Shown in pieces: positions 29,017 through 41,441 of a DNA stretch of 64,000 nucleotides (positions are counted from its first letter, which is position 1; each line of letters starts with the position of its first letter). The notes below the pieces were generated by a model. It saw nothing but the letters and a program-made list of their open reading frames with translations, was not told the DNA's origin and made no database searches. The position numbers and the translations under genes are program-made. Source of the DNA: Actinomycetota bacterium (GTDB lineage: Bacteria; Actinomycetota; Thermoleophilia; BMS3ABIN01); NCBI GenBank assembly GCA_023382335.1, contig JAMCPM010000006.1, positions 70,372-134,371 of the forward strand. The letters are read 5' to 3'.

Positions 29017-29643
29017 TTATTGAGCTTGCAGCAGATGCTGGATCAGCTGGTTTTCGGGTGCCTGGGAACTGGTCCAGTTGACCGGACCGAGGATGTGATC
29101 CCGGACCACCCCGTTCTTGTCGATGATGAAGCTCTCCGGAACGCCGGTTGCCTGATACATGCCGTTAACCTTCTTGTCGGAATCGAGAAGTATGGGGAAG
29201 GTCAGACCCAGCTGTTTTACAAATGGCTGGACATCAGTGGAACCACGGGTATCGATGCTGGCGGCGAGGATCTCGAAGGGCTTGCCCTTCATATTCTGAT
29301 AAAGCTGGTTCATCGAAGGCATTTCCTCCCGGCAGGGGTTGCACCAGGTGGCCCAGATGTTGAGCAGCACTACCTTGCCGCGATAATCTGAAAGGGTAGC
29401 TTCCCCGCCGCTCATCAGCGGAAGAGTGAAATCAGGCGCGGCGGTCCCTGCTTCCACAGGCGGAGTTTTTCGTGACTGCCAAAAGAAAAATGCGCCGACG
29501 GCAATACCGATGATGACCAGGAAAACGGCCACGGCGATGCCGACATCCTTTGCCGTCCAGCCATCGTCGGCCACCGGCAACGATAAGTTCTCAGTCTTTT
29601 CTTCGATCTGGTTCAATGCGTGAGAAGTCCAGAGCCTTTGCAT
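29017..29643 (-). CDS. resA: TlpA/ResA-family thiol:disulfide oxidoreductase (cytochrome c biogenesis), membrane-anchored
   Basis: TM anchor, then KVVLLNIWATWCNPCREEMP, the canonical WCxPC redox motif. It is a Cys-containing paralog of the Sec-containing domain at 12.1 kb. Confidence 0.85.
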   Translation of the reverse strand: MQRLWTSHALNQIEEKTENLSLPVADDGWTAKDVGIAVAVFLVIIGIAVGAFFFWQSRKTPPVEAGTAAPDFTLPLMSGGEATLSDYRGKVVLLNIWATWCNPCREEMPSMNQLYQNMKGKPFEILAASIDTRGSTDVQPFVKQLGLTFPILLDSDKKVNGMYQATGVPESFIIDKNGVVRDHILGPVNWTSSQAPENQLIQHLLQAQ

Positions 29644-29797
29644 CCATGCCCCCGAGGGCGGAAATCGCTTGATGAGAATCTAACAGGCGAAGAGTGAGAG
29701 CTGAACAGTCACCTCAGAGCGGGGGCGTCTTGATTTCTGAATCCATACTAGCATCTGATGCACCCCATCGACAACACGGGGAAAGAGCCGGCCGGCG

Positions 29798-30556
29798 TCA
29801 TACATTTACCGACGGAAGCCACCGTTGCATCCATTCGGTCATCACTTCGATCTGGCCGGTGGCCAGCAGAACTCCGAACAGGATCAAGAGACTGCCTGAA
29901 GCGATCTTGATGGCTCCAAAGTGATTTTTCACGAATGAGAAGGTGCCGATTGCCTTGGCAAAAAGGAAGCCGGAAAGAACGAAAGGCAAGCCCATCCCAA
30001 GCGCATAAACGAAAAGCAGGCTGGCCCCGGCCGCAGGGTCCTGCGTTCCTATCGCCAGCATGTATATCGATCCCAGCAGCGGCCCGGTGCAAGGACCGAT
30101 GCCCACCGAAAAAACCATGCCCGCGCCCAGGATTCCCAGGAGCCCAGCAGGTTTGCTGAGCATGCGCAGCCGTCTCTCCTTCTGTAACCAGAGAGGATTG
30201 AAGATGCCCAGGGCAAAGATGCCAAAGCCAATGAGAAATATTCCGGCCAGTATTTCCAGGAATCGTTTGCCCTCGCTGCCGTTGCCGGTAAAGAACGACA
30301 GAAACGAGCCAAGCTCACTGCCGGCGAGACCCGCCGCGGCCCCTTGCAGGCTGAAAAACACCACGAAGCCGATGACGAAAGCCACACTGGCGATGGCGAC
30401 CTTGCGAACGTTCGCGCCAAGTTGATCGACACCGACTCCGGAAACATACGATAAATAGCCGGGAAGCAGCGGTAAAACGCAAGGAGAGAGGAATGAGGCT
30501 AGACCGGCTATGAAAGCCCAGACAAACGCGAGAAATGTTACTTCGGTGATTTCCAA
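29798..30556 (-). CDS. ccdA: cytochrome c biogenesis protein CcdA (DsbD-like transmembrane thiol-disulfide electron transporter)
   Basis: Six TM helices. Conserved Cys in LSPCVLPLLP and GIGPCTGPLL. Confidence 0.85.
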   Translation of the reverse strand: MEITEVTFLAFVWAFIAGLASFLSPCVLPLLPGYLSYVSGVGVDQLGANVRKVAIASVAFVIGFVVFFSLQGAAAGLAGSELGSFLSFFTGNGSEGKRFLEILAGIFLIGFGIFALGIFNPLWLQKERRLRMLSKPAGLLGILGAGMVFSVGIGPCTGPLLGSIYMLAIGTQDPAAGASLLFVYALGMGLPFVLSGFLFAKAIGTFSFVKNHFGAIKIASGSLLILFGVLLATGQIEVMTEWMQRWLPSVNV

Positions 30557-30623
30557 GAAAAGCAGGTGGCAGAAAACCCGTTATTGCAGCGATAATTCAA
30601 TATAGCAGAGGCACGAAAAACTA

Positions 30624-31391
30624 TCAACGCACCTTGGGCTTGCCCTCCGGACGCGTTTGGATCCAGACAAACGCCGCCAGGGCGATGATGGCGGTTCCTA
30701 AAGCCAACAGCTGCTGCTGAAGCTGTCCTTCACGCTGCATGCGAACGAATTCCACGAGGAAACGCTCTGTTCCGGCTATGGCCAGGTAGAGGCAGGCCAT
30801 GGACCAGTCCCGTTTGAGCCGCGGCCGCAGATACATGATTATTGCGAAGATCGCGAGCGATGAAAACGACTCGTAAAGCTGCGTCGGCTGCACTGAAACG
30901 CCCTGCCCGAATTGAATCGTGGTCGGTGGCGATCCCTTGGGGAATTGCATGGACCAGGGAAGAGTCGATGGGCGCCCATAGTCATCTCCGTTGAGAAAAC
31001 AGCCCATGCGGCCGAAGGCGTAACCGATCGCCAAGGCCGGGGCGCATGCGTCCAGGGCCTTGCCCAGGGGCAGATGGTAGAGGAAGATCACAATGACCGC
31101 GGCGATGGCGCCGCCGATCAGACCGCCGTACCAGACCAGCCCCGCGCCGCTGAAGGCGGAAGCGAGCGGATCATTCCTTAATTCGTCCATGTGAAGCAAG
31201 AGGTAATGGACCTTGCTACCTATAAGTCCACCCACAGCCGCGGCAATGGTCAGCCAGTAAACGTGTTCAGGGTTGAGGCCCTTCCGTTTAAACTCAAAGT
31301 AGGCGACAGTCCCGGCCGCCACGAAGCCAAGGGCCATCATCAGACCGAAAGTGTGTATGGTCAAAGGCCCGATGGAAAAGTCTGGATACAT
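30624..31391 (-). CDS. lgt: prolipoprotein diacylglyceryl transferase
   Basis: Lgt signature GRMGCFLNGDDYG. Polytopic membrane protein of 255 aa. Confidence 0.9.
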   Translation of the reverse strand: MYPDFSIGPLTIHTFGLMMALGFVAAGTVAYFEFKRKGLNPEHVYWLTIAAAVGGLIGSKVHYLLLHMDELRNDPLASAFSGAGLVWYGGLIGGAIAAVIVIFLYHLPLGKALDACAPALAIGYAFGRMGCFLNGDDYGRPSTLPWSMQFPKGSPPTTIQFGQGVSVQPTQLYESFSSLAIFAIIMYLRPRLKRDWSMACLYLAIAGTERFLVEFVRMQREGQLQQQLLALGTAIIALAAFVWIQTRPEGKPKVR

Positions 31392-31773
31392 CGTATAAAG
31401 GTCCCTTAATCGTTAATATAAATCAATCAATCGGTCAAGACAAACAAAGGAGTTTTGATAAACAAAATGCTAAAGCTATTTTGCACTCTTCCGATAAGGG
31501 TTTTCGAACGCATCATATACGAAAAGGCAAACCCGCCGCGAGGCGGGGACGCAAAGCCAGGGGTCTCACGAAGACAGCCCAGCCGCCGAAGCTTTTGAAC
31601 GCAAGCTCTTAGGTTTTGGTCCTGGGCTTTATTACGGCCTATGGCGAGCATAGCTCAATCGCTTTGGCATTTCCAAGGTCGTTGAGCTTTTTTGTTGGAT
31701 GCGACGGGCACTAGGGATGAGGTCAGTCAATCTTCCTCGGCGGGAGGAAGGCAACAGCGAAAGGGGGTACCAG

Positions 31774-32319
31774 GTGATATTTTCAGCAAAGATAACCGCT
31801 CTAGCCGCGATATCGTTGATTTTGGTCCTGGTTCTTGCATCAGCCGTGTACGGAAAAACAAATTCCGACCCGGTAACCGTCAGTGCAACAGTCGATAATT
31901 TTATCTCCATCAGCCATCCCGGAAGCGTATCCCTGGGAACAATCCTGGGAACAGGCGGGTCTTCGGAAAACAGCGCCACCTGGAATGTGGCCACCAATAA
32001 CGCACTGGGATACACTCTGAATATTTCGGCCGCCGGTTCGCCGGCGATGAACAAGGGCGCCGATTCGTTCACAGACTACAGCGGCCCGGCTGTGTGGTCC
32101 ATAGCCGCAACCGATTCAGCTTTCGGTTTCAGCGTCAATGATAATGCACACTATCAGGGTTTCACCACACCCGGAACGCCTGTCCAGATTGTAAACTCCC
32201 CAAATCCGACCTCAGGACAGGATACCGCAATATTCTTCAAGGCTGAAGTTGGCGCCAGCCATCTGCAGCCCAGCGGCAGCTACGCCGCCAGTCTGACAGT
32301 TACAGCCACGACCCTGTGA
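31774..32319 (+). CDS. small secreted beta-rich protein (putative surface fibre/adhesin subunit), first gene of surface-protein cluster
   Basis: GTG at 31774 is preceded by AAAGGGGG. Signal peptide MIFSAKITALAAISLILVLVLASAVYG, and a Ser/Thr/Asn-rich mature region of about 155 aa with alternating beta-strand patterns. The ATG-started 31699 ORF has no RBS. Confidence 0.55.
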   Translation: MIFSAKITALAAISLILVLVLASAVYGKTNSDPVTVSATVDNFISISHPGSVSLGTILGTGGSSENSATWNVATNNALGYTLNISAAGSPAMNKGADSFTDYSGPAVWSIAATDSAFGFSVNDNAHYQGFTTPGTPVQIVNSPNPTSGQDTAIFFKAEVGASHLQPSGSYAASLTVTATTL

Positions 32320-32490
32320 TTGCATATAACTGAATAGGTAAAACCAAACGCAAGGTTCACGACGGAAGCCCTGAAAGAGGGCTTTCGCCGTTGTGCGGCG
32401 CCAGTAATTTTGACGCTACTTAGAACGCCGCATTGCGTACGATAATTCCTCTGAATTGCAGGAAAAGCAATGTGCGAAAGCGAAGTCTAG

Positions 32491-33897
32491 GTGTCGAATC
32501 CGGTTAGCTTGGTATCAGACTCCCGGCAACCGGATCCCTATCCCATGCCATTCGATCAAGACATCCGTCAGCCCGGGACAGAAAGCCGCTCAGCGGTATT
32601 CTCGAGACTGTCCGGCCCAATCACCAAACTGACCTTTTCCATCGCCCTGATCTTGCTTTTATTCCTGACTCATCAACCAGCAAGAGCTCTTGCATATACG
32701 GTGGAGAAACACGACGATCCGGTCACCGGTCAGTTTGTGATCTCCCCTACCAAAGTAGAGTTGGACGTAAAACAGGGAGACATCATCTCGAGGAACATCG
32801 AGATCTCAAATCGGACCGGCTCGACTTTGACCATCGAATTCTCGGTTGAGGATTTCGAGGGTTCGAGCGACCCGTCGCAGGCAACAGTCTTCAAGGGTGA
32901 TGAGGACAGCGCCTGGGGAGCGCGGCGCTGGTTACAGCCGGAGATATCGAGCATCGTCCTCAAGCAGGGCGAGACAGTAAATTTCAAAACCAAGATTGTC
33001 ATCCCCAAGGATGCCGAGGCAGGCGGCCATTATGCAGCTTTGTTCGCCTCATCGACTTACGCCTCCGAGAACGGCGAAGGCTCGGCGATAAACATCACCA
33101 GCAGAGTCGGTTCCCTTTTCCTGATCAGGGTAGAAGGCGCCGTAGTTGAGGTCGGTTCGCTTGAAAAACCGGAAGTGCCGCCCTTCTCCGAATATGGCCC
33201 GATCAATATCGGCCTGGTGTTCAACAATCAGGGCAACGTTCACCTGAAGCCTTCAGGCCACGTCTTCGTTACGAATTTTCTCGGCCAGACCGTCGCCGAC
33301 ATCCCGGTTCCGGAATGGGTGGTGCTTCCCGAATCGGTTCGCCGAAGCGTCGTCACCTGGGACAGCAAGTATCTGTTCGGCCGCTACACGGCCCGGGCGG
33401 AGATCGGGTATACGGAGGACGGCTCGCCTATTATCGTCTCAACCACTTTCTGGGTTATTCCCTGGAAGATCATTTTGGGAATATCCGCGGTAATAATAGC
33501 GATCATTGCCCTGGTTTCCTGGCTGGTGCGCAGGAGGCGCGGCGAACGCCGGGAGCTACAGGAAGAACTCGCGGACTTACGAGCCGCAAAGGTGACCTCT
33601 GAACTCGAACGCGCCGACATATCTTCCGGCCCACTTGCCGGTGAGAAGCAAATGGTGGCGCTCAATGAACTCTTCCCATCCATGGGGGACGCCGGGACGG
33701 TTGACTTGCGCGACGAAGAGACGCAGGCCTTGATCCGGGACATCATCGGTCAAGAGGTTGATCTGGGGCGCACTTTCATCGGCGAGGGAAGGATCGAAGA
33801 AGCTCGGGCCGAGCTCGAGGAAGCCCGAGCGGCGGCGAGGCGCATCGGTCTGCTTGCGGTTATCGGCATGATCGATGACCTGTTACGCGAGATTTGA
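32491..33897 (+). CDS. cell-surface protein: signal peptide, two beta-sandwich-like domains, C-terminal TM anchor and cytoplasmic coiled-coil tail (DUF916/DUF3324-like architecture)
   Basis: N-terminal signal region FSIALILLLFLTHQPARALA. Beta-rich ectodomain. TM segment WVIPWKIILGISAVIIAIIALVSWLVRRRRG, then about 110 aa of charged helical tail. Paralogous to 37654..38559 (shared RVGSL/RVGMEL and xIPWKx-TM motifs). Confidence 0.6.
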   Translation: MSNPVSLVSDSRQPDPYPMPFDQDIRQPGTESRSAVFSRLSGPITKLTFSIALILLLFLTHQPARALAYTVEKHDDPVTGQFVISPTKVELDVKQGDIISRNIEISNRTGSTLTIEFSVEDFEGSSDPSQATVFKGDEDSAWGARRWLQPEISSIVLKQGETVNFKTKIVIPKDAEAGGHYAALFASSTYASENGEGSAINITSRVGSLFLIRVEGAVVEVGSLEKPEVPPFSEYGPINIGLVFNNQGNVHLKPSGHVFVTNFLGQTVADIPVPEWVVLPESVRRSVVTWDSKYLFGRYTARAEIGYTEDGSPIIVSTTFWVIPWKIILGISAVIIAIIALVSWLVRRRRGERRELQEELADLRAAKVTSELERADISSGPLAGEKQMVALNELFPSMGDAGTVDLRDEETQALIRDIIGQEVDLGRTFIGEGRIEEARAELEEARAAARRIGLLAVIGMIDDLLREI

Positions 33898-34184
33898 TTC
33901 TGCTGCGGTTGCCCGTTTCAATGGCAGAGCCAGCTTCTTTCCGGTTGATAAATTGATTCTTTCATGAGACCATTGCCTCCGTTATATCGTGCATTGGGCC
34001 GGGAGGTCCACGGTCCACGCTGACGCTGCCTCTTCCTCAATCGAGGTCACACTGGGAGTCCGAAACTCCCTCGCTGTTGTTCTTGATGGTGAACCTTCGT
34101 CTTCAGGCAGGGTTATCAAGGTGGGCGATCCTGATGAGGGCTGCGTGACCTATGTGGTCCTGGACGACTAGAGCCCGGATAACC

Positions 34185-37100
34185 TCAGGAGGGAAAGGCC
34201 GTATAGACAATCGAGGCCGAGTAGTTCCCCGATGTCGCCAGCAGAGGCACTGACAACCGGTAGTCGAAGAAGAGTTGATAGCCGTCTGTCGCGGGTTGCA
34301 TGTTGGCAATTACCGTCTCGGCGGGGCTCTTGACCACAGTTTGAAAGGCTCCCGGCGCTTCACCGTCTTTTTTCCACTTCAGGTTTGAGATGTCTATGAC
34401 GTTACCGGGATTCGACTGAGCCAGATCGCCGGCCGCGGCCATCCCTATCCCCCAGCTCGTGTTCGACTTCACTGTCAGCTTCACCGCGTAGGCGGGCGGG
34501 CCTGTTTCGCCGACGTCGTAAGTAGTGCCGGGACTGACGTTTCCGAAGCCCACAGCTCCGCCTCCCGGTGTTTCGTCGCGATTAAATGTCTCGTTCACGG
34601 TAAGAGTCATCGATCCGGGAGCGGGTACGTACTCGATCGCCAGCTTCGGCCTCAAGGACGTGTCCGACAGATAATCCGATGAGAAGAAAAACTTGGCATC
34701 ATTGGCTGCAGGATTCTCCGCTGTTTTTTTGATAAAGGCTCCCTCGTTGGCAATGCTCCCGTTTATCCAGTTCTGAGCCAGATCCTTGATCGCAAAATCG
34801 ACCCATGCTCCCGATGCCGAGTTGGGAGCAATCGCCGTGGGCGGCGAGACGTTATTGAAATCGCCACCCGGCGTCGACCAGCCGTGGTTGCCATCCCAGG
34901 TCGCCCACGTCGCACCGTCTCCGGTAGCCGCGCCATTTCCAATGCCTTCAGCCCAGGAACGGCTTGCGTAGTCAAGCTCGAGGGGTACCGTGACCGGACT
35001 CTGTTGCCCGTGCTGGTAAAGCGACAGCGTGGCGCTGTTTACCGTTGACCCGGCCGGGATGGAGGAAAGATCAAACTTGATGAGGCCCCGGCGCGACTCC
35101 GCGGATCCGCTGACATTGCCGGCGGCGATGTCGGTCGACCCTCCGTAGTTGAGGCCGGCGCCCGAGCTCGATATCCAGGCATCCTGACCGGCGACCGGAG
35201 CGGGCTGGATGACCAGCATCCTGGCCGTCTGGAAGACATGGTCGCCGGAGACCGAGGTGTTGCCGAAGCTGTCGGTGGACCTCACGCGGTAGTGAAAAAC
35301 GGTGTCTTCCGTCAGACCGGTGAGCGGTACCGAATGCTGGTTTACCTGTGAGGGGTCTGTTGTCGTTGTCGAGCCATAGCTCGTGGTTGTTCCGTACTCC
35401 ACTTGCGAATCAGCCTGCGTGTCCGTCGACCATTTGATGCCGGCTGCATTTCGCGAAACGTTCTCCGTCCGGACCTCGCCAATGACCGGCGGGGTTGAAT
35501 CGTTGCCAAACCACTCGATCACCAGCTTTGGCCTCAGCGACGCGTCCGCAGCGTATTCCGCCGAATAAAAACTCTTGGCGTCGCTGCCTCCCGGATTTTC
35601 CGTCGCCTGTTTGATCAGGGCGCCATAGTTGTTGATGCCGCCATGGGCGGGTGTATTTATCCATGATTGAGCCAGTGCTGTGATATCCCAGTTGACCCAT
35701 GACGCCGTTGAGCTGGGGGCAACGCTGCCGGCGCTGGCCGTGGCGTTGTAATCTCCGCCGGCAGGCCAACTGCCGACGCCATCGGACGTAAGCCAGGTGA
35801 CGCCGTCGCCCGTGGCCGACCCCAAGCCGGTGCCCTCCGACCAGTCACGATTGAGGTAATGGATGTTAAGTGGCCGGGGACTGGCGTCTTCCTGGCCCAT
35901 CTGGTACAGAGAAAAGGTGGCGCTGCTCACGGTGGCATCGGTGGGAAAGCCGGAAAGGTCGAAGCCGATGACGCTGCGCATGGTTCCAAAACCGGGCGAC
36001 GCGATGTCACCAGCGCTGAGAATGCTTTCGGCTCCACGGTTCCAGGTTGGCTGGCTGGAACCGATGTATGTGTCTTTGCCGGATGCCGGAAAAAGCTGGA
36101 TCACGGTGATGTTGGCGGTACTGAAACTATATTCAGGCGATACCGATGTGTTGCCGCCGCGGTCGGTTGAAATCACCTGATAGTAGTAAGTGGTGGATGG
36201 CTGCAGGCCGGTCAATCCCTGGCTGTGTGACGTGATCATCGACGGATCCAGCGTCGTCGAGCTTGTGTAGCTTCCCGTGCTGGTGCCGTAACTGACCTGG
36301 GAGTCTGCCACCTCGTCGGTGGTCCAGCCGATCGAGGCACTGCCGCTTCTCACCTGTGAAGCGCCCACCCCGGAGATTGCCGGAGGATTGTTGTCCACAT
36401 AGACCTGCCGGGTTACCACCGTCTGATTTCCAGGATTGCCTGCCCGGTCGGTAACTGTCAGGCGGAGAGTGTAGAGCTGCCCGTCTGTGAGGCCGGTCGT
36501 ATCCCAACTGCCGAGCAGATTGTTCCGAACCGGCGGGCTATTGGTGGCGGAAGCTATCGTGGTCCAGGAAGAAGGAGAGGCTCCAGCGCCGTAATCGAGC
36601 ACGTATTTATAATAGCTGTAGGCGTCATCGGCGGTGCCGGTTACGGGAACCGCGCCCTTGACGAAAGCCGATGCCGATGGCAAGTCGATGGAAGCCACGG
36701 GCGGCGAGTCATCGATGAGGATCATCCGGGACATGTCAAAATCCAGGGCGCGAGCTGAACGCATGATATGCGAATTTATGGAGTACCACTGCCCGTCAGT
36801 CAGCCCACTGGCCGGCAACTGCAGCGTAAATCGATGATAGTTGTTTGAAACGCGCGAGTAGCCCGCCATGGTCAGGGGGGAGCTGACGCCGGAGTCAATA
36901 TCCTTTAGGGAATTAGTGGTATATGCGGCGCTGTAGTTAGCAGCGGCTCCATAACCCATAACGTTAACAGTGGCGCCGGAATGAAAGACATATGATTCGT
37001 CGGGCGCATTAGGGGGATAAGGCTGCGGGCCCGTCCAGTAGTAGTTCATGAACCTCGCCGGCTGTGTCGTCAGCTCGATTTCGTTCTGGAAAGTAATCTG

Positions 37101-37583
37101 GTTGCTCCCGCTGACGATCTGTCCGTACAGCCTCATGTAGTACGCTTGCGATGCCGGGATCAGCAGCGAGGAATAGTAATCGGAGCCAACCTGGGTCCAG
37201 ACCAGGTTTCGTCTGACGTAACCGGTTCCGGGCGGTGAGGCATTCCTGAAGTAATTGTATAGGTAAAGATAACCGGTGCCACCGCTGAACCGCGTGGTAT
37301 GCACCCTTACATACACTGTGGACCCGGGTGCGAAGGTCACGGTGTCCTGATTGCCGGCGCCGCTGCACCGGTTGGTGGTGCAGAATTCGATGACGTCGCC
37401 GTTGCTGAAGTTGTACAGACCGGCTGAAGTTTCGCCATATGCCTGCGCCCGCTCCACCCTGAGGCCTAGAATCGCAATGGCGGCAACAACCAGTGCGGCA
37501 AACAGCACTGATGAAGGGATAAGCAGCGCCAAATGTTTGCGCGCGCCGGTAAGGCCGACGAATCCTTTTGCAGGATTCTTCAT
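34185..37583 (-). CDS. giant secreted protein (~1131 aa) with signal peptide, two fibronectin-III-like domains and two tandem ~170-aa repeats carrying an R-x-W-[SA]-E-G motif
   Basis: Probable ATG at 37583 (MKNPAKGFVGLTGARKHLALLIPSSVLFAALVVAAIAILG). FN3-like blocks PPAISGVGASQV...TTYYYQVISTDRGGN and PPVIGEVRTENV...TVFHYRVRSTDSFGN. Repeats ...SATFSLYQMGQ...NIHYLNRDWSEGTG...RPKLVIEW and ...SATLSLYQHGQ...ELDYASRSWAEGIG...RPKLAIEY. Confidence 0.7.
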   Translation of the reverse strand: MKNPAKGFVGLTGARKHLALLIPSSVLFAALVVAAIAILGLRVERAQAYGETSAGLYNFSNGDVIEFCTTNRCSGAGNQDTVTFAPGSTVYVRVHTTRFSGGTGYLYLYNYFRNASPPGTGYVRRNLVWTQVGSDYYSSLLIPASQAYYMRLYGQIVSGSNQITFQNEIELTTQPARFMNYYWTGPQPYPPNAPDESYVFHSGATVNVMGYGAAANYSAAYTTNSLKDIDSGVSSPLTMAGYSRVSNNYHRFTLQLPASGLTDGQWYSINSHIMRSARALDFDMSRMILIDDSPPVASIDLPSASAFVKGAVPVTGTADDAYSYYKYVLDYGAGASPSSWTTIASATNSPPVRNNLLGSWDTTGLTDGQLYTLRLTVTDRAGNPGNQTVVTRQVYVDNNPPAISGVGASQVRSGSASIGWTTDEVADSQVSYGTSTGSYTSSTTLDPSMITSHSQGLTGLQPSTTYYYQVISTDRGGNTSVSPEYSFSTANITVIQLFPASGKDTYIGSSQPTWNRGAESILSAGDIASPGFGTMRSVIGFDLSGFPTDATVSSATFSLYQMGQEDASPRPLNIHYLNRDWSEGTGLGSATGDGVTWLTSDGVGSWPAGGDYNATASAGSVAPSSTASWVNWDITALAQSWINTPAHGGINNYGALIKQATENPGGSDAKSFYSAEYAADASLRPKLVIEWFGNDSTPPVIGEVRTENVSRNAAGIKWSTDTQADSQVEYGTTTSYGSTTTTDPSQVNQHSVPLTGLTEDTVFHYRVRSTDSFGNTSVSGDHVFQTARMLVIQPAPVAGQDAWISSSGAGLNYGGSTDIAAGNVSGSAESRRGLIKFDLSSIPAGSTVNSATLSLYQHGQQSPVTVPLELDYASRSWAEGIGNGAATGDGATWATWDGNHGWSTPGGDFNNVSPPTAIAPNSASGAWVDFAIKDLAQNWINGSIANEGAFIKKTAENPAANDAKFFFSSDYLSDTSLRPKLAIEYVPAPGSMTLTVNETFNRDETPGGGAVGFGNVSPGTTYDVGETGPPAYAVKLTVKSNTSWGIGMAAAGDLAQSNPGNVIDISNLKWKKDGEAPGAFQTVVKSPAETVIANMQPATDGYQLFFDYRLSVPLLATSGNYSASIVYTAFPS

Positions 37584-37653
37584 ATTGAGATACCCGCCTC
37601 CCTGTGGCATTCATGAACGGCGCGAATGCGTTTGAACAGCGGGAAAACGCCCT

Positions 37654-38559
37654 TTATTTTCCCGCCTTGCCACGTTGCGCCTTGACCGTTTCTCGCCCAT
37701 TCGGCGCCAAAACCTTAGCGATTATGGGCTGAAAACGCGCGCCCGTGGCAGCCGTCGCCGCCATGAGCGCCAGCATCAGGGAGAGTTTCCAGGGAAATAT
37801 TATGAAGAATGCCGTGGCTTTGACCGGAGTGCCGACTCCCGATCCCAGCCCCAGGACCCCCCGCTGCACGGAAAAAAGCGGCGCCTCATCCCAGAGAGCC
37901 CTGACAGTGGCGGTCTGGCCGACCGGCAGCGGATCGCTGGCGCCGGCGAGGTTGGTGTCCCTGCCGGTAAGTCCAGTCAGATCAACCTTTTCTTCCAGCC
38001 GGGTGGTGAAATTACCAGAATTGCGCCCCGAAGCATCGAAAACTACTTCCTCGGAGGAATCGATAATATGCGGAAACGACCAGCGGACATCCGCCACCGG
38101 ATGGATGACGTTGAGATCCAGCTCCATGCCGACCCTGCCGACGATTGCAACGTCGTTCCCGGAGGAGGACGCCGAGTCGAACAGTATCGTCTGTTGCCGG
38201 CGGCCCGCCGGGGCATTTTCCGGAACATTAATAGTGATGTAAACCACGGCCGACTCCCCCGGCTTGAGCGATACCTGTTCCCGGTCGAGGCTGATCGTCG
38301 CGCCGGGCTCGCCGGATGGTCCTATCCGGGAATTGACAATAATTTGATATGCGGATGAATTTTGAAGAGTTACGGCTTCCCGGGTTTCGTCACCGACGGC
38401 AATCGTGGGATTAACGTAAGTGGGGCTGACGCGGAAGCCGAGATCCGAGGCGGCGGCTGCCGGTGCGGCCGGCAACAGAAAGCTGGCGGGCAGCAGAATA
38501 CAGACCGGAAGCAGAAATATGGCAAAACGGACGATGGCGGCTGTGCGGGTGCTTGACAC
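37654..38559 (-). CDS. cell-surface protein paralog (signal peptide, beta-rich domain, C-terminal TM anchor)
   Basis: Signal peptide AIVRFAIFLLPVCILLPASFLLPAAPAAAA. ...IVGRVGMELDLNV..., then a C-terminal FFIIFPWKLSLMLALMAATAA TM segment and a basic tail. Same architecture as 32491..33897. Confidence 0.6.
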   Translation of the reverse strand: MSSTRTAAIVRFAIFLLPVCILLPASFLLPAAPAAAASDLGFRVSPTYVNPTIAVGDETREAVTLQNSSAYQIIVNSRIGPSGEPGATISLDREQVSLKPGESAVVYITINVPENAPAGRRQQTILFDSASSSGNDVAIVGRVGMELDLNVIHPVADVRWSFPHIIDSSEEVVFDASGRNSGNFTTRLEEKVDLTGLTGRDTNLAGASDPLPVGQTATVRALWDEAPLFSVQRGVLGLGSGVGTPVKATAFFIIFPWKLSLMLALMAATAATGARFQPIIAKVLAPNGRETVKAQRGKAGK

Positions 38560-38652
38560 GATAGAATACCTTCGCCATGAGTATCCTTTTTCCCTGTAAA
38601 GCGGCGTCTTTTCCAGGGACGGGGGTACCGCCTCAGGACGCGTTGAGGGAGC

Positions 38653-41439
<2,787 letters not shown>

Positions 41440-41441
41440 GG

